IMG/VR virus record: IMGVR_UViG_3300028549_000365
Coordinates: 32,001-96,000 of that record
DNA from: a virus
Lineage: Duplodnaviria > Caudoviricetes
Direction: 5' to 3' (one strand)
Length of the DNA: 64,000 nucleotides
The notes beneath the pieces were generated by a model. It was not told the origin of the DNA and did not search any database. It saw only the letters and a program-made list of their open reading frames with translations. Position numbers and translations under genes: made by a program. This document shows positions 18,812 through 27,982 of the stretch, piece by piece; positions within the stretch are counted from its first letter, which is position 1; the number at the start of each line of letters is the position of its first letter.

Positions 18812-19042
18812 ATGAAATGTAAGCTTAAAAGAAGTAAGCACAAGCTGCTTACAATATACAAACAGTGTATGTATAAAGACTGTATACATGAGATTTACAC
18901 GCAACAATTACTTAGCTGTAAGCATATGGAACACAGTGAGCGGCGTGTGAAAGAACTTCGGGCTATTTATAATTATAAAATAGCACGAAACAAGAATCTT
19001 AAAAAGAAGATATTTAAATTAAAGGGGTGTAAAAGATGTTAG
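18812..19042 (+). CDS. Small basic hypothetical protein (paralog 2)
   Basis: MKCKLKRSKHKLL...RNKNLKKKIFKLK. Confidence 0.55.
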   Translation: MKCKLKRSKHKLLTIYKQCMYKDCIHEIYTQQLLSCKHMEHSERRVKELRAIYNYKIARNKNLKKKIFKLKGCKRC

Positions 19043-19284
19043 AATCTATAGTAATGGGGTTTTTAGTTGTACTGCTTGCGGTTATGTTTGTTGTTATCAT
19101 TATGGATAGTGATACAGATGAATTAAAATATAAGTTTCTTAACTTGATTACATATTTATTATTAGTAAATCAAGTAGTAGATACTATGTACCAAGACAAA
19201 TGGTATATTATATTAGGTGCACTATGTTTAGTGTTAATATTTAAATGTGTTTATAAACACTTAGAAAGGGAACGAAATGTGTAA
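19036..19284 (+). CDS. Small membrane protein (2-3 TM)
   Basis: Three hydrophobic segments in 82 aa. Confidence 0.55.
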   Translation: MLESIVMGFLVVLLAVMFVVIIMDSDTDELKYKFLNLITYLLLVNQVVDTMYQDKWYIILGALCLVLIFKCVYKHLERERNV

Positions 19285-19666
19285 ATATAGTTCGTTAAAA
19301 GGTATAAAAAGAAATCTAGTTGTCGATAACACTTGCTTTCTAATGAAAAGTTTATTAGATAGTGAGTTAGTTATATACTACCCACCTGATAAGAATTATC
19401 AGGTGGGTGATCTAACAAGGTTTGCAGACAACACGCCTGTCTATTCCACGGTATTAAAACACTGTGAAATAAGAAAAAACTACAAAGACTTTATTCTTAA
19501 TCATAATAGTTCTTTTGGTGATAATAAACCATTTAAAGAATATATGATGGCATTAGCAAATAAATTAGAACGCTTGCAATTAGCCATAACAAAAGCTAAA
19601 CAAGGTGAAGTAATAGACGCGAGTTTAATACCGTGTAATTTACGCGTGCTGAATACAAATAAATAA
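19277..19666 (+). CDS. Hypothetical protein
   Basis: Overlapping co-oriented ORF. Confidence 0.55.
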   Translation: MCKYSSLKGIKRNLVVDNTCFLMKSLLDSELVIYYPPDKNYQVGDLTRFADNTPVYSTVLKHCEIRKNYKDFILNHNSSFGDNKPFKEYMMALANKLERLQLAITKAKQGEVIDASLIPCNLRVLNTNK

Positions 19667-19696
19667 TTATAACAACAGGGATTCCTGTTGTTATAA
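19667..19696. terminator. Bidirectional terminator between convergent genes
   Basis: 13-bp stem TTATAACAACAGG / CCTGTTGTTATAA with loop GATT. Confidence 0.7.
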
Positions 19697-19948
19697 GCTA
19701 TTACTTTTATAATTTATATCTATATTTTTTTCTTTTAGATAAGCTTCTATTCCATCTAAAGAAGTTAAACGATCCATATCAGAGTTATCTATTAAGATAT
19801 CATAATGGTTCTCTATTATTATAGAGAGCTCCACTAAATCTAAAGAATCAGCCTCTAGTCCATCAACATCTAAGAAAGGCTTATCCTTAGGTAAGTTAAA
19901 ATTTATTATATGAAAATGTTCATATACTAACTTTTCTAACATAGACAT
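19691..19948 (-). CDS. acpP: Acyl carrier protein
   Basis: GLEADSLDLVELSIIIENHYDILI with the phosphopantetheine Ser in DSL. Acidic, 85 aa. Confidence 0.8.
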   Translation of the reverse strand: MSMLEKLVYEHFHIINFNLPKDKPFLDVDGLEADSLDLVELSIIIENHYDILIDNSDMDRLTSLDGIEAYLKEKNIDINYKSNSL

Positions 19949-19950
19949 AA

Positions 19951-20736
19951 TTAATCTTTCTTACAAATTTCAGTAACTTTATATCTACTTAACCCAGTTA
20001 GTTTAGCTATAGCGTTAAATGACAGACCACCAGCTCTTTTCTTTTTTATATCAGCTATAATTTCTTCAGAAGGTTCAGAATTATCTACACCACCTTTTAC
20101 AGCATCAACTGTAGTATTAGATAGTTCTGATATCGTGTTATCTCTTTCTTCTATAACTTTTAATAGTTCAGCTATTTTTGTTTCATGTTCTTTATTTTTA
20201 ACCGCTATAGATACATCTTTATTGTTTAGTTCTACGTTAACAGCATCAAGTTTAGCGTTTAACCCCTCTAGTTCTAAAGACTTTTTCTCTAGTTCAACTT
20301 TGTATCTATTTACATCACTAGCACTAACATCTAACAACTTAGTGTAATTACCTTCTACTGTAGTTAATTTTTTACTTGCTTCATTAAGTCTTTTCATTGC
20401 ATCTTCGTATCTAGTTGATATCTCACTGTTCTTAAGTCTAAGTGTGTAAATTTCATCAGAATCTGTTACATTCCTAGCCTCTAGTTTAGCTACAATACCA
20501 GTGTAGTTATCGCAAGACTCTTTAAGTAAAGCATTGTCTTTTAAAGCAGCATCTTTAAGTTTGTTACTAGTTTTTAACATACCATTCACTTCGTTTAATT
20601 CAGCTTCTAAACATTTTAATTCAGTTCCTAAACCATTTACTCTATTTACAGCTTTTAAAACCTCACTCTCAGGATATATTCTCTTATTAAACACTCTTTC
20701 CATAAACCCAATTGTATTAAAATCACTTATCAACAT
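19951..20736 (-). CDS. Long coiled-coil protein with C-terminal helix-turn-helix
   Basis: ~180 aa of heptads, then KKRAGGLSFNAIAKLTGLSRYKVTEIC (Hin/resolvase-like HTH). Confidence 0.6.
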   Translation of the reverse strand: MLISDFNTIGFMERVFNKRIYPESEVLKAVNRVNGLGTELKCLEAELNEVNGMLKTSNKLKDAALKDNALLKESCDNYTGIVAKLEARNVTDSDEIYTLRLKNSEISTRYEDAMKRLNEASKKLTTVEGNYTKLLDVSASDVNRYKVELEKKSLELEGLNAKLDAVNVELNNKDVSIAVKNKEHETKIAELLKVIEERDNTISELSNTTVDAVKGGVDNSEPSEEIIADIKKKRAGGLSFNAIAKLTGLSRYKVTEICKKD

Positions 20737-20746
20737 CTTTATTTCC

Positions 20747-21229
20747 TTATTTTAAAATATTATTTTGTCTAATATACTCTAGTAATGAATTACATTCTAA
20801 ACTATGTATATAACCTTTTGTCTTATTGCGTAGATAATTAATAACGTACTTTGTTTTATGTGGAAGAAAGCAATTTGTACAATCGCAATGTACTTTAACA
20901 ACATTATTAATATCTGGATTCTCGTAGTATATATCTTTAAATTTAGAATTTATACCACATACGCTAGCTATACCGATTTTCTTATCAATAATAATATCAT
21001 TATTAATAATAAAGTGCGGGCATGCACAAAGTAAACAATTTAAATCATCTACATTATGACATTTTATATTGTCTTTGTATAAAGGACAGAAACTAGTTTC
21101 GTTAGTCTTCATATTTTCATAATCAAAATAACTAGCTATTTCTTCTGGTGTAGTAAACTTACTACCTAGTTTAGATAGTATACTGTTTACTTTCTCGTCA
21201 TGATCTTTTATCCACTCATCATATGTCAT
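20747..21229 (-). CDS. Cysteine-rich small domain (zf-like) protein
   Basis: FCPLY..KCH..LNCLLCACPHF motif. ATGA overlap with the nrdJ stop. Confidence 0.6.
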   Translation of the reverse strand: MTYDEWIKDHDEKVNSILSKLGSKFTTPEEIASYFDYENMKTNETSFCPLYKDNIKCHNVDDLNCLLCACPHFIINNDIIIDKKIGIASVCGINSKFKDIYYENPDINNVVKVHCDCTNCFLPHKTKYVINYLRNKTKGYIHSLECNSLLEYIRQNNILK

Positions 21230-24108
21230 ATTACAGGACAGCTACCACCGGTACACTCTAGTGATTCCATAACATTATCTTTACTATCTTTAATATTTGT
21301 TAACTTAACTGGTTTTACATTCTTAGCATAAGCTTCAAACACCTCTTTAGTAACAACTTCTTGCGGTAAGTACAAGTATCCTAAATCAGCTGCTGTTTTA
21401 GAAGGATCTGCTCTATATAAAAATGACACACCAACATAGTGTTCCCAGTTAGCTAATAACCAATCTACTATATCATCTACTTCATCTGGACTATAACTTA
21501 TAGTGTTAGATACGTTCTGTTGACACCAATGTACTTGGTACTTCTTATAACGTTCTAATTGTGTAATAGCAGACTCTAAGTTAACCTCTACAACATCTCC
21601 ATTATCTTTTACTACTTTATCAAACTCTACGTGTTCCCATTTGATAGGAAATTTAACAAGTGTGCCTTCATTAGGTTGCATAGGATTAGGAGTTACCTCA
21701 TATCCTGACGCTCTAAGAATAGGCAATATAGGATCATTTACACCAAAGTTAATGTTGTTGAATATGTATTTACCTAATGGTTTATGTACACCTTCTGTTG
21801 TCATCATTACTTTACTTAATGTACCAGACGGTTTTATTGTTGTTACATTCTTAGGTCTTTGTAAGCCTAACTCATCAGCCATACCGTAAGCACTATGAAT
21901 AGCAACACGTTTCATACTATCAAGATCGTATTCTGTTAAATCTTCTCTTTGAACAACACCAGTTATACCAACACCGCATAATCTTAAGAACTCATTATTA
22001 AGATGCCACGCTTCTTGTAACACACCATCTTTAAGATTAACACAAGTTTGTCTATAGTTAGCTCTAGCAGAAAGTTCTATTGCTCTATGCAGTCCTGTTG
22101 TATCCCCTCTAAACTTAGCTACATCAACTTCTACAAGATTACAGAAACCTTTATTAGGTAATAAGATTTCAACGCATGGGTTATTTGTTTTAAACCAAGG
22201 TGCTCTTTTCTTAGCTGTTTCACCATTAATAAAACCTGGTTCACTACCGCCAGCTTCTTCCATAATAGTAAATATCTTTCTAAGCTCTTCTCTAGAAGGT
22301 TTACTTTCAAATACTAAACTATTGTTACTTTGTGCTCGCTGTGGATTACCATTCCAATATTCTCTTTTAGCGGTACTAAACTCTTTCCATTCTGGTTGTC
22401 CGTATTCGAATAAAGCAATCTGTGCCGATCTTCTAGAAGACAGAATAGTTCCTAACCAATTCACTATATCTAATATATCCATTCTTGTAAGTAATTCACC
22501 AGCTCGTTTATTCATTATAGTAGCTATTGCAACATACGCAATACTTATAGCTTCATCACCAGATGATATCCAACCATATCCAGTTAATCTACTACCAGCT
22601 GGTCGTAACTCCGAGAAATCGAATACTAACTTTTCTGCATCGTATTTACCAGCTAATAACTTACCTATACTTTTAGACCAAGCTTCAGCTGAGTCACCTA
22701 CTTTAATAGTCCATACACCATCTACAAATGTTTCTACGTTATTAGGATTACCTCCTTTAGTAGTTCGTTTAGTTCGTATTACTTCTATGTCCTTGATAGG
22801 TTTAAAGAATCCGTTTAGTGTACCTATAACAGGTCTAAACCCTACTCCGCAACCTTGCATCAATAACCAAAGAACATCAACTACGTCATACACAGTTTCT
22901 ACATCTGTTCCAGAACAGTTTCCTGTTACTAAACCATTAGGTAATATAAAACTATGATCGTCTTCAACAGTAAGACACCAACATTCTTCTTTAGGTGTGT
23001 TCTTATTTATATCATTAATTCTAAATAAACTACCTCCGGTATTCTCCTGAAATGTTGTAAACCGAATAGTAAAACCGTCAAATACCCCGTAATTTGTTTC
23101 AGCTATTCTTCTTTCATATCTATTTATATATACACCAAAAACTGGCATCCATTTAACTATGTAATCAGCTGCTTGTTTACTGGTAGTATCAATTCCAATA
23201 ACTACATTAACTCCCTTTCTATGGGTCTTAGTTCCGTCCGCTGATAGATAACCTCTTAAAAAAGCTCTGTTGAGATTAATATTATCAGTTTCAGGTAAAG
23301 TTTTTAAATATTTACCTGTATATACAAATGGGTCTTCATTACAACTAGGTGGAAATGAATATTTAAACCCGCATGATATAAATTTATCTAAATGTTGTTT
23401 TTTATTACCACATAATCTAACACGCGAAGTTACACTTTCACCGCTCACAGCTATAGCACCATCACCATACACAAACCCATAACACCACCAATATTGTTCC
23501 TCAGTTGTCATACCATAGAAATCATAATGATTGAAATCATCAGAAGGTGGTCTATGCATTTTCATATCTAGCTTTATGTCTTTAGCTAAAACTTTATTAC
23601 CGTTAGACTCTATCCAGGTGTGATCTAAACAACTATTAACGCTGTACTGTGTAATACCTCTAGTTAAACCTAATTTAACCATATTTCTATTTCCTGCATA
23701 CATGACCTTAGCTTTTTTCCAGTTACCTAAATGTGTTCTTACTATACATTCATCACCATCTTCAAAGTCTTCAAATGACATAACGCCTTTATTAGTTATA
23801 AACTTAGTATCTCTTTGTAATGGATTAAATTGTGAAGCTTCTCTTGTTTTAGCGATATCAGTACCACCTAGCCAAAGTGTTCTTCCTGAAGTAGAAACTT
23901 TCTTATCCACCATAAGTTGTTTAAATTCATTAAGCTCTTCTACCATATCAACAGTACAATGTTCTATTTTAGCAGCTCTTAACCATAACCATTCTTGATG
24001 GGTTCTTACTCTTTCACATATCTCTTCCCAAGTCTCAAAACTAGTCTCGTTTATATCTTTAGGTCTTGAGTATGTTCTTCTTATTACTACTTCACTTCGT
24101 GTATTCAT
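21226..24108 (-). CDS. nrdJ: Class II (adenosylcobalamin-dependent) monomeric ribonucleotide reductase, intein-containing precursor
   Basis: RTYSR, SGRTLWLGG, QFN-C, LMQGCGVGF, NPCVEI (thiyl Cys), FCNLVE, TTIKPSGT and C-terminal CTGGSCP. The mature protein would be 658 aa. Confidence 0.92.
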   Translation of the reverse strand: MNTRSEVVIRRTYSRPKDINETSFETWEEICERVRTHQEWLWLRAAKIEHCTVDMVEELNEFKQLMVDKKVSTSGRTLWLGGTDIAKTREASQFNPLQRDTKFITNKGVMSFEDFEDGDECIVRTHLGNWKKAKVMYAGNRNMVKLGLTRGITQYSVNSCLDHTWIESNGNKVLAKDIKLDMKMHRPPSDDFNHYDFYGMTTEEQYWWCYGFVYGDGAIAVSGESVTSRVRLCGNKKQHLDKFISCGFKYSFPPSCNEDPFVYTGKYLKTLPETDNINLNRAFLRGYLSADGTKTHRKGVNVVIGIDTTSKQAADYIVKWMPVFGVYINRYERRIAETNYGVFDGFTIRFTTFQENTGGSLFRINDINKNTPKEECWCLTVEDDHSFILPNGLVTGNCSGTDVETVYDVVDVLWLLMQGCGVGFRPVIGTLNGFFKPIKDIEVIRTKRTTKGGNPNNVETFVDGVWTIKVGDSAEAWSKSIGKLLAGKYDAEKLVFDFSELRPAGSRLTGYGWISSGDEAISIAYVAIATIMNKRAGELLTRMDILDIVNWLGTILSSRRSAQIALFEYGQPEWKEFSTAKREYWNGNPQRAQSNNSLVFESKPSREELRKIFTIMEEAGGSEPGFINGETAKKRAPWFKTNNPCVEILLPNKGFCNLVEVDVAKFRGDTTGLHRAIELSARANYRQTCVNLKDGVLQEAWHLNNEFLRLCGVGITGVVQREDLTEYDLDSMKRVAIHSAYGMADELGLQRPKNVTTIKPSGTLSKVMMTTEGVHKPLGKYIFNNINFGVNDPILPILRASGYEVTPNPMQPNEGTLVKFPIKWEHVEFDKVVKDNGDVVEVNLESAITQLERYKKYQVHWCQQNVSNTISYSPDEVDDIVDWLLANWEHYVGVSFLYRADPSKTAADLGYLYLPQEVVTKEVFEAYAKNVKPVKLTNIKDSKDNVMESLECTGGSCPVI
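22918..23823 (-). mobile_element. 302-aa class 3 intein with LAGLIDADG endonuclease domain
   Basis: Insert between QFN and C(+1)SG. It starts with Pro and ends VTGN. WCT triplet: HTW, CWC, TGN. LAGLIDADG-like helices YGFVYGDG and LRGYLSADG. Confidence 0.85.
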
Positions 24109-24180
24109 AGCTATTCCTTTTATTTGTTATTATCAAATATTATGCACGGTTTAAATAAATTTAGTACACATATTTATAAC

Positions 24181-24198
24181 CATATATTATTAAAATAG
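24181..24198 (+). promoter_or_regulatory. Putative phage early promoter
   Basis: CAT-ATATTAT-TAAAAT-AG upstream of the AAA ATPase gene. Confidence 0.6.
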
Positions 24199-24242
24199 TG
24201 TATAGAATAGCTAACTATATACAAAAAAATTAAGGAGGGTAT

Positions 24243-25226
24243 ATGTATATACAGCCAAATAGACAACTACCAGCTGGGGTCTATAGACTTAAACAAGATG
24301 AAAAGAAATATTACTATTTAGAAAGAGTCTCAGATTGTTTCGAAATAGAAGGTAAAAACTACGGTGACGTTATTGAACAACGTGATATAGTATGGGAACG
24401 ATACAGTAAAATGTTAGGCTCTATGGGAGCTATGTTTACAGGTGGTAAAGGTATGGGTAAAAGTAGGCTAGCTGAACTTATATCTAACTTAGCTATATCA
24501 TATGGTATACCTGTAGTGTTAGTTACTGAGATTAACGCTGACATAGTTACTGTGCAATACATAGCTATGATATCTAATGTAGTAATATTTTACGATGAGT
24601 TTGGTAAGAACTTTAATAGACCACTTCAAGATAAGATGTTGACTATGTTATCAGGAGTAGCTTCAGGTAAAAAACTGTTTCTAATAACAGAAAATAACAC
24701 TAATATGTTATCAGAACTTATAGTAGATAGACCTGGTAGAGTTCTTTATCATTACGAATACGATAGACTGGATGAGCTTGTTATACAACAGTATTGTGCT
24801 GACCATGCAGTTAGTCAATATATTTACGATAACATCATAGACAAGTGGAAACAAACTCCTGGATTCTCTAACGACCACCTTAAAGCGTTAGTAGAAGAAC
24901 ATGAGTTCAGACCTCAGGATACTTTTGAAATGCTATTGAAACGTCTTAATGTGTCATCACTTACTAAACCTAAAATGTTAGACATAGAAGAAGTCTACAC
25001 ATATGTAGATGACCCTAAATCTGATATTAAAATTAAGAAAGTTGTTAAGTATAACTATAGTGAAGATGTTACTATGAAAGATTTTAATAACAATAGAGCG
25101 TTATGGATGAGACTAATAGATGAAGCTACGCACGGTATAAGAATAGATAAAAATAGTGTTATTAATATCGAAGATAAAATTATAACATGTAAAGTAGGGG
25201 AGTATTACGTAGTTCTTAAACAATAG
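24243..25226 (+). CDS. AAA+ ATPase
   Basis: Walker A GGKGMGKS, Walker B IFYDEFGK, TENN sensor and DRPGR arginine finger. Confidence 0.85.
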   Translation: MYIQPNRQLPAGVYRLKQDEKKYYYLERVSDCFEIEGKNYGDVIEQRDIVWERYSKMLGSMGAMFTGGKGMGKSRLAELISNLAISYGIPVVLVTEINADIVTVQYIAMISNVVIFYDEFGKNFNRPLQDKMLTMLSGVASGKKLFLITENNTNMLSELIVDRPGRVLYHYEYDRLDELVIQQYCADHAVSQYIYDNIIDKWKQTPGFSNDHLKALVEEHEFRPQDTFEMLLKRLNVSSLTKPKMLDIEEVYTYVDDPKSDIKIKKVVKYNYSEDVTMKDFNNNRALWMRLIDEATHGIRIDKNSVINIEDKIITCKVGEYYVVLKQ

Positions 25227-25252
25227 TTAGTTGATAAATATAAGGAGAACGC

Positions 25253-25645
25253 ATGAACTTTGAACTTAGAAAAGTGTATACATTTACAACTTTAGCACCA
25301 GCGATATTAGGTAATACGTATGATAATATGAAAGTTAAATCTATATTATCTGCTGATGAAGCAGTTATATATAGAGATATACACACACTTCATACTAACC
25401 TTAAAACAATTATACCTACACTACCTACTGTAGACGACTGTACATTCATACTGTTTGAAAAACAAGATGAATCTAAAACTACTATACTATTAGCGTTAGA
25501 GTATATAGACACATTCTCCATACAGAACACTGTAACTGTTAACATAAATATAACCATACTAGATACTAGTACTGAGATGGTTTCTGTTATAAGTACAAGG
25601 TTACGTGAGTTAGGTGTAAATAATTTCACGATCAATTTAGCATAA
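25253..25645 (+). CDS. Conserved phiKZ-like hypothetical protein
   Basis: YTFTTLAPAILG...MKVKSIL pattern as recalled from phiKZ-like phages. AAGGAG RBS. Confidence 0.55.
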   Translation: MNFELRKVYTFTTLAPAILGNTYDNMKVKSILSADEAVIYRDIHTLHTNLKTIIPTLPTVDDCTFILFEKQDESKTTILLALEYIDTFSIQNTVTVNINITILDTSTEMVSVISTRLRELGVNNFTINLA

Positions 25646-25681
25646 GATAACAACCAATAGGTTGTTATCTTATTTTTTTTA
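25642..25681. terminator. Bidirectional terminator
   Basis: 14-bp stem ATAAGATAACAACC / GGTTGTTATCTTAT followed by a T-run, between convergent genes. Confidence 0.75.
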
Positions 25682-27226
25682 TTAAAAATCAAAATCTTTA
25701 GCTATTTTACTACCTATGTCATCTAACGCTTCTTGTGTTTCGCCAGCTTTAGGATTGTTACCCCCTACATAATCTTCTAATATAGGAGCACTAGGTGGGA
25801 ATGGTAACACACATCTTTTATCTTCTTCAGATATAATCTTAGGATTACGATGTTTACCTCTACCTACAAACAGATTCCATTTTCTATTTATAGTTCCTTT
25901 AAATAAATATATCTCACCATCAACAACTTGTGGTATTTGTTTAGAACCCTCATAATAGTTATTGTTAGATATCTCATCCAAGAACTCTTTATTTTTTATT
26001 CCAGACCTAGTTAACCCTACAGCTTCTGTAGATAACTGGTGTGGTGTCAATGTTAAGAAGCGATGACTCGAACCAAAGTTTCTAAGCTTATTAAACAAGT
26101 CTCTTATATCAGTACCCATAGCTCCAGTTTTAATACATCCAGTAGTAGGCATTTTACTTAGGTAATCTACAACTAACGCATGTATTTCGAAACCATCTGC
26201 TTCGTATTCTAACAGCTTGTTAAATAAATGTTTATAACTCCATTCATCAGGGTTAACTCTTAGTATTTTAACATGGTATCCAGTCTTAGTAAGTCTACTA
26301 GTAATATACTCACCTATCTCTTTACCTGTCAATAACGTTAAATCTGGTAATACATGATTTTCGTTATAGTACAAATACTTATAGATAAATCCTGTCATAA
26401 TATGCATATCATCTTCGAATGATAATAATATGTTAAGAGGTTTCTTAGTAGGATCGTCCATGATAGGTTTATTAAGAGTAGATATCTGTGTAAACATACT
26501 TTGTACGAACCCTGATTTAAAACTATGTTGTAAAGCAGTTATTACCCATTCTTCACCTCTAATGAAACCACCACCTGTCATAGTGTTAACACCAGTCCAA
26601 CCTGTTATCAATCTACCGTTATCAGTCCCTAACTTCTTAACCTCATCCATAGCGTCAGCTACACCATCTGGGTTATTCATATCAAGTTCATTCATAATAC
26701 CAGGATCTTTAGACTTAGCAACTATACTTAATGCTTCTAGGTTAACAACTAAAGCATTTGTAAAATCACTTAGACTCATGTCACCTAGTTGGTTTTGATT
26801 AAGTTTATAAGAAGCACTACCTACTATCTTTTTTAGTTGTTGTAATCTAAAATAGTTATTAAGTGTATTTCTTAAACTAACTATAGTTCTCTTAAGATCT
26901 TTAGTTTGCAATTCTATATTTATAGCTTTATCCACTGTTCTTATTAACGATTCTCTATCTTTTAATATAACCTCTAAACTTTGTATTAAAGTTAACTTAT
27001 CATAGTTCTCATGGTTTTGCACCATGTCCCTAATAAGTTGTATAAGATCTTTTACTAACTCACTATCTCCACCAAATAACGCGTTATCTTTTTCTCCTTC
27101 AATACCATCTAGTATTGTCTTTACTAAATCTTTACTCGTATCACTAGTAGTGTTAGTCATTAATTCTAGTTCTGTTTCTCTGTGTAATAATGTTATAATC
27201 TTTAATATTATATCTAGTTTTGACAT
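25682..27226 (-). CDS. dnaB: Replicative DnaB-like helicase (phiKZ gp118-like)
   Basis: GGGFIRGE, variant Walker A ALQHSFKS, Walker B VVDYLSKM, TPHQLS, RGKHR. Confidence 0.85.
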   Translation of the reverse strand: MSKLDIILKIITLLHRETELELMTNTTSDTSKDLVKTILDGIEGEKDNALFGGDSELVKDLIQLIRDMVQNHENYDKLTLIQSLEVILKDRESLIRTVDKAINIELQTKDLKRTIVSLRNTLNNYFRLQQLKKIVGSASYKLNQNQLGDMSLSDFTNALVVNLEALSIVAKSKDPGIMNELDMNNPDGVADAMDEVKKLGTDNGRLITGWTGVNTMTGGGFIRGEEWVITALQHSFKSGFVQSMFTQISTLNKPIMDDPTKKPLNILLSFEDDMHIMTGFIYKYLYYNENHVLPDLTLLTGKEIGEYITSRLTKTGYHVKILRVNPDEWSYKHLFNKLLEYEADGFEIHALVVDYLSKMPTTGCIKTGAMGTDIRDLFNKLRNFGSSHRFLTLTPHQLSTEAVGLTRSGIKNKEFLDEISNNNYYEGSKQIPQVVDGEIYLFKGTINRKWNLFVGRGKHRNPKIISEEDKRCVLPFPPSAPILEDYVGGNNPKAGETQEALDDIGSKIAKDFDF

Positions 27227-27310
27227 CTTAGTTCTCCTGTTTTTTTAGCATAGAATATATGTTATTAAAATAAAAGTATAAATTGAATGATATAACAATA
27301 AGGAAAAATA

Positions 27311-27970
27311 ATGAATATGGGATTTAATAATAATGAGTTAGAGACATCAGGTTTAATTTTTATACCTGACTACGCATTAAACGGACTAAAAAGATGTGGA
27401 ATTACATTAGAAACATTATCTATGTATGGATATGGTACAGAGCGAACAGTTGGTGAAGAGATTGTTGATGCGTGTATTAATAAGTTAGTTAATGGTATGT
27501 CGCATAAAGACTTAAAGGATATAGTAGCTTTAGATGTATTACTACAAGGTTTCTATTTCGGAGCAGCTAGGTATTATTCGCATACAAATGAATATAACAG
27601 TACTAGTAGAGTAGTTAACAACATATTACGTGAAGCCAATTACAAAGCTAATGGTTGGGGTGCTACGCACGATGGAGAATACGCAGTAATGAATATATAC
27701 ACGAACATTAATATTGATCACAATAGTATATTAATGAGTGGAAATATCAAAAATGAGTTGTTTACGTTAGAAACATATAACAACACAGTTTACTGTATTA
27801 TTCATGACGGGTTTATTAATCCTCTAGTTAGAAATGACTTAGAGTTTAAAAAACAATTTTCTATTTTATTAATGGATTATATGTTTAAGAGATTAGGAGA
27901 TAAGGTCGTGCTTAAAAGCAGACTTTTTCGTAAGTTTATGCGATTAGAAACAATAGAAAAAAATAAATAA
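27311..27970 (+). CDS. Hypothetical protein upstream of the capsid gene
   Basis: AAGGA RBS. Position is syntenic with the gene between DnaB and the MCP in phiKZ-like phages. Confidence 0.55.
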   Translation: MNMGFNNNELETSGLIFIPDYALNGLKRCGITLETLSMYGYGTERTVGEEIVDACINKLVNGMSHKDLKDIVALDVLLQGFYFGAARYYSHTNEYNSTSRVVNNILREANYKANGWGATHDGEYAVMNIYTNINIDHNSILMSGNIKNELFTLETYNNTVYCIIHDGFINPLVRNDLEFKKQFSILLMDYMFKRLGDKVVLKSRLFRKFMRLETIEKNK

Positions 27971-27982
27971 AAGGAGCCACCC

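Noticed and set aside
22322-22957. 211-aa ORF antisense to nrdJ, and the other short antisense ORFs in the track
   Set aside because: They are fully nested opposite well-supported genes and show no independent coding signals.
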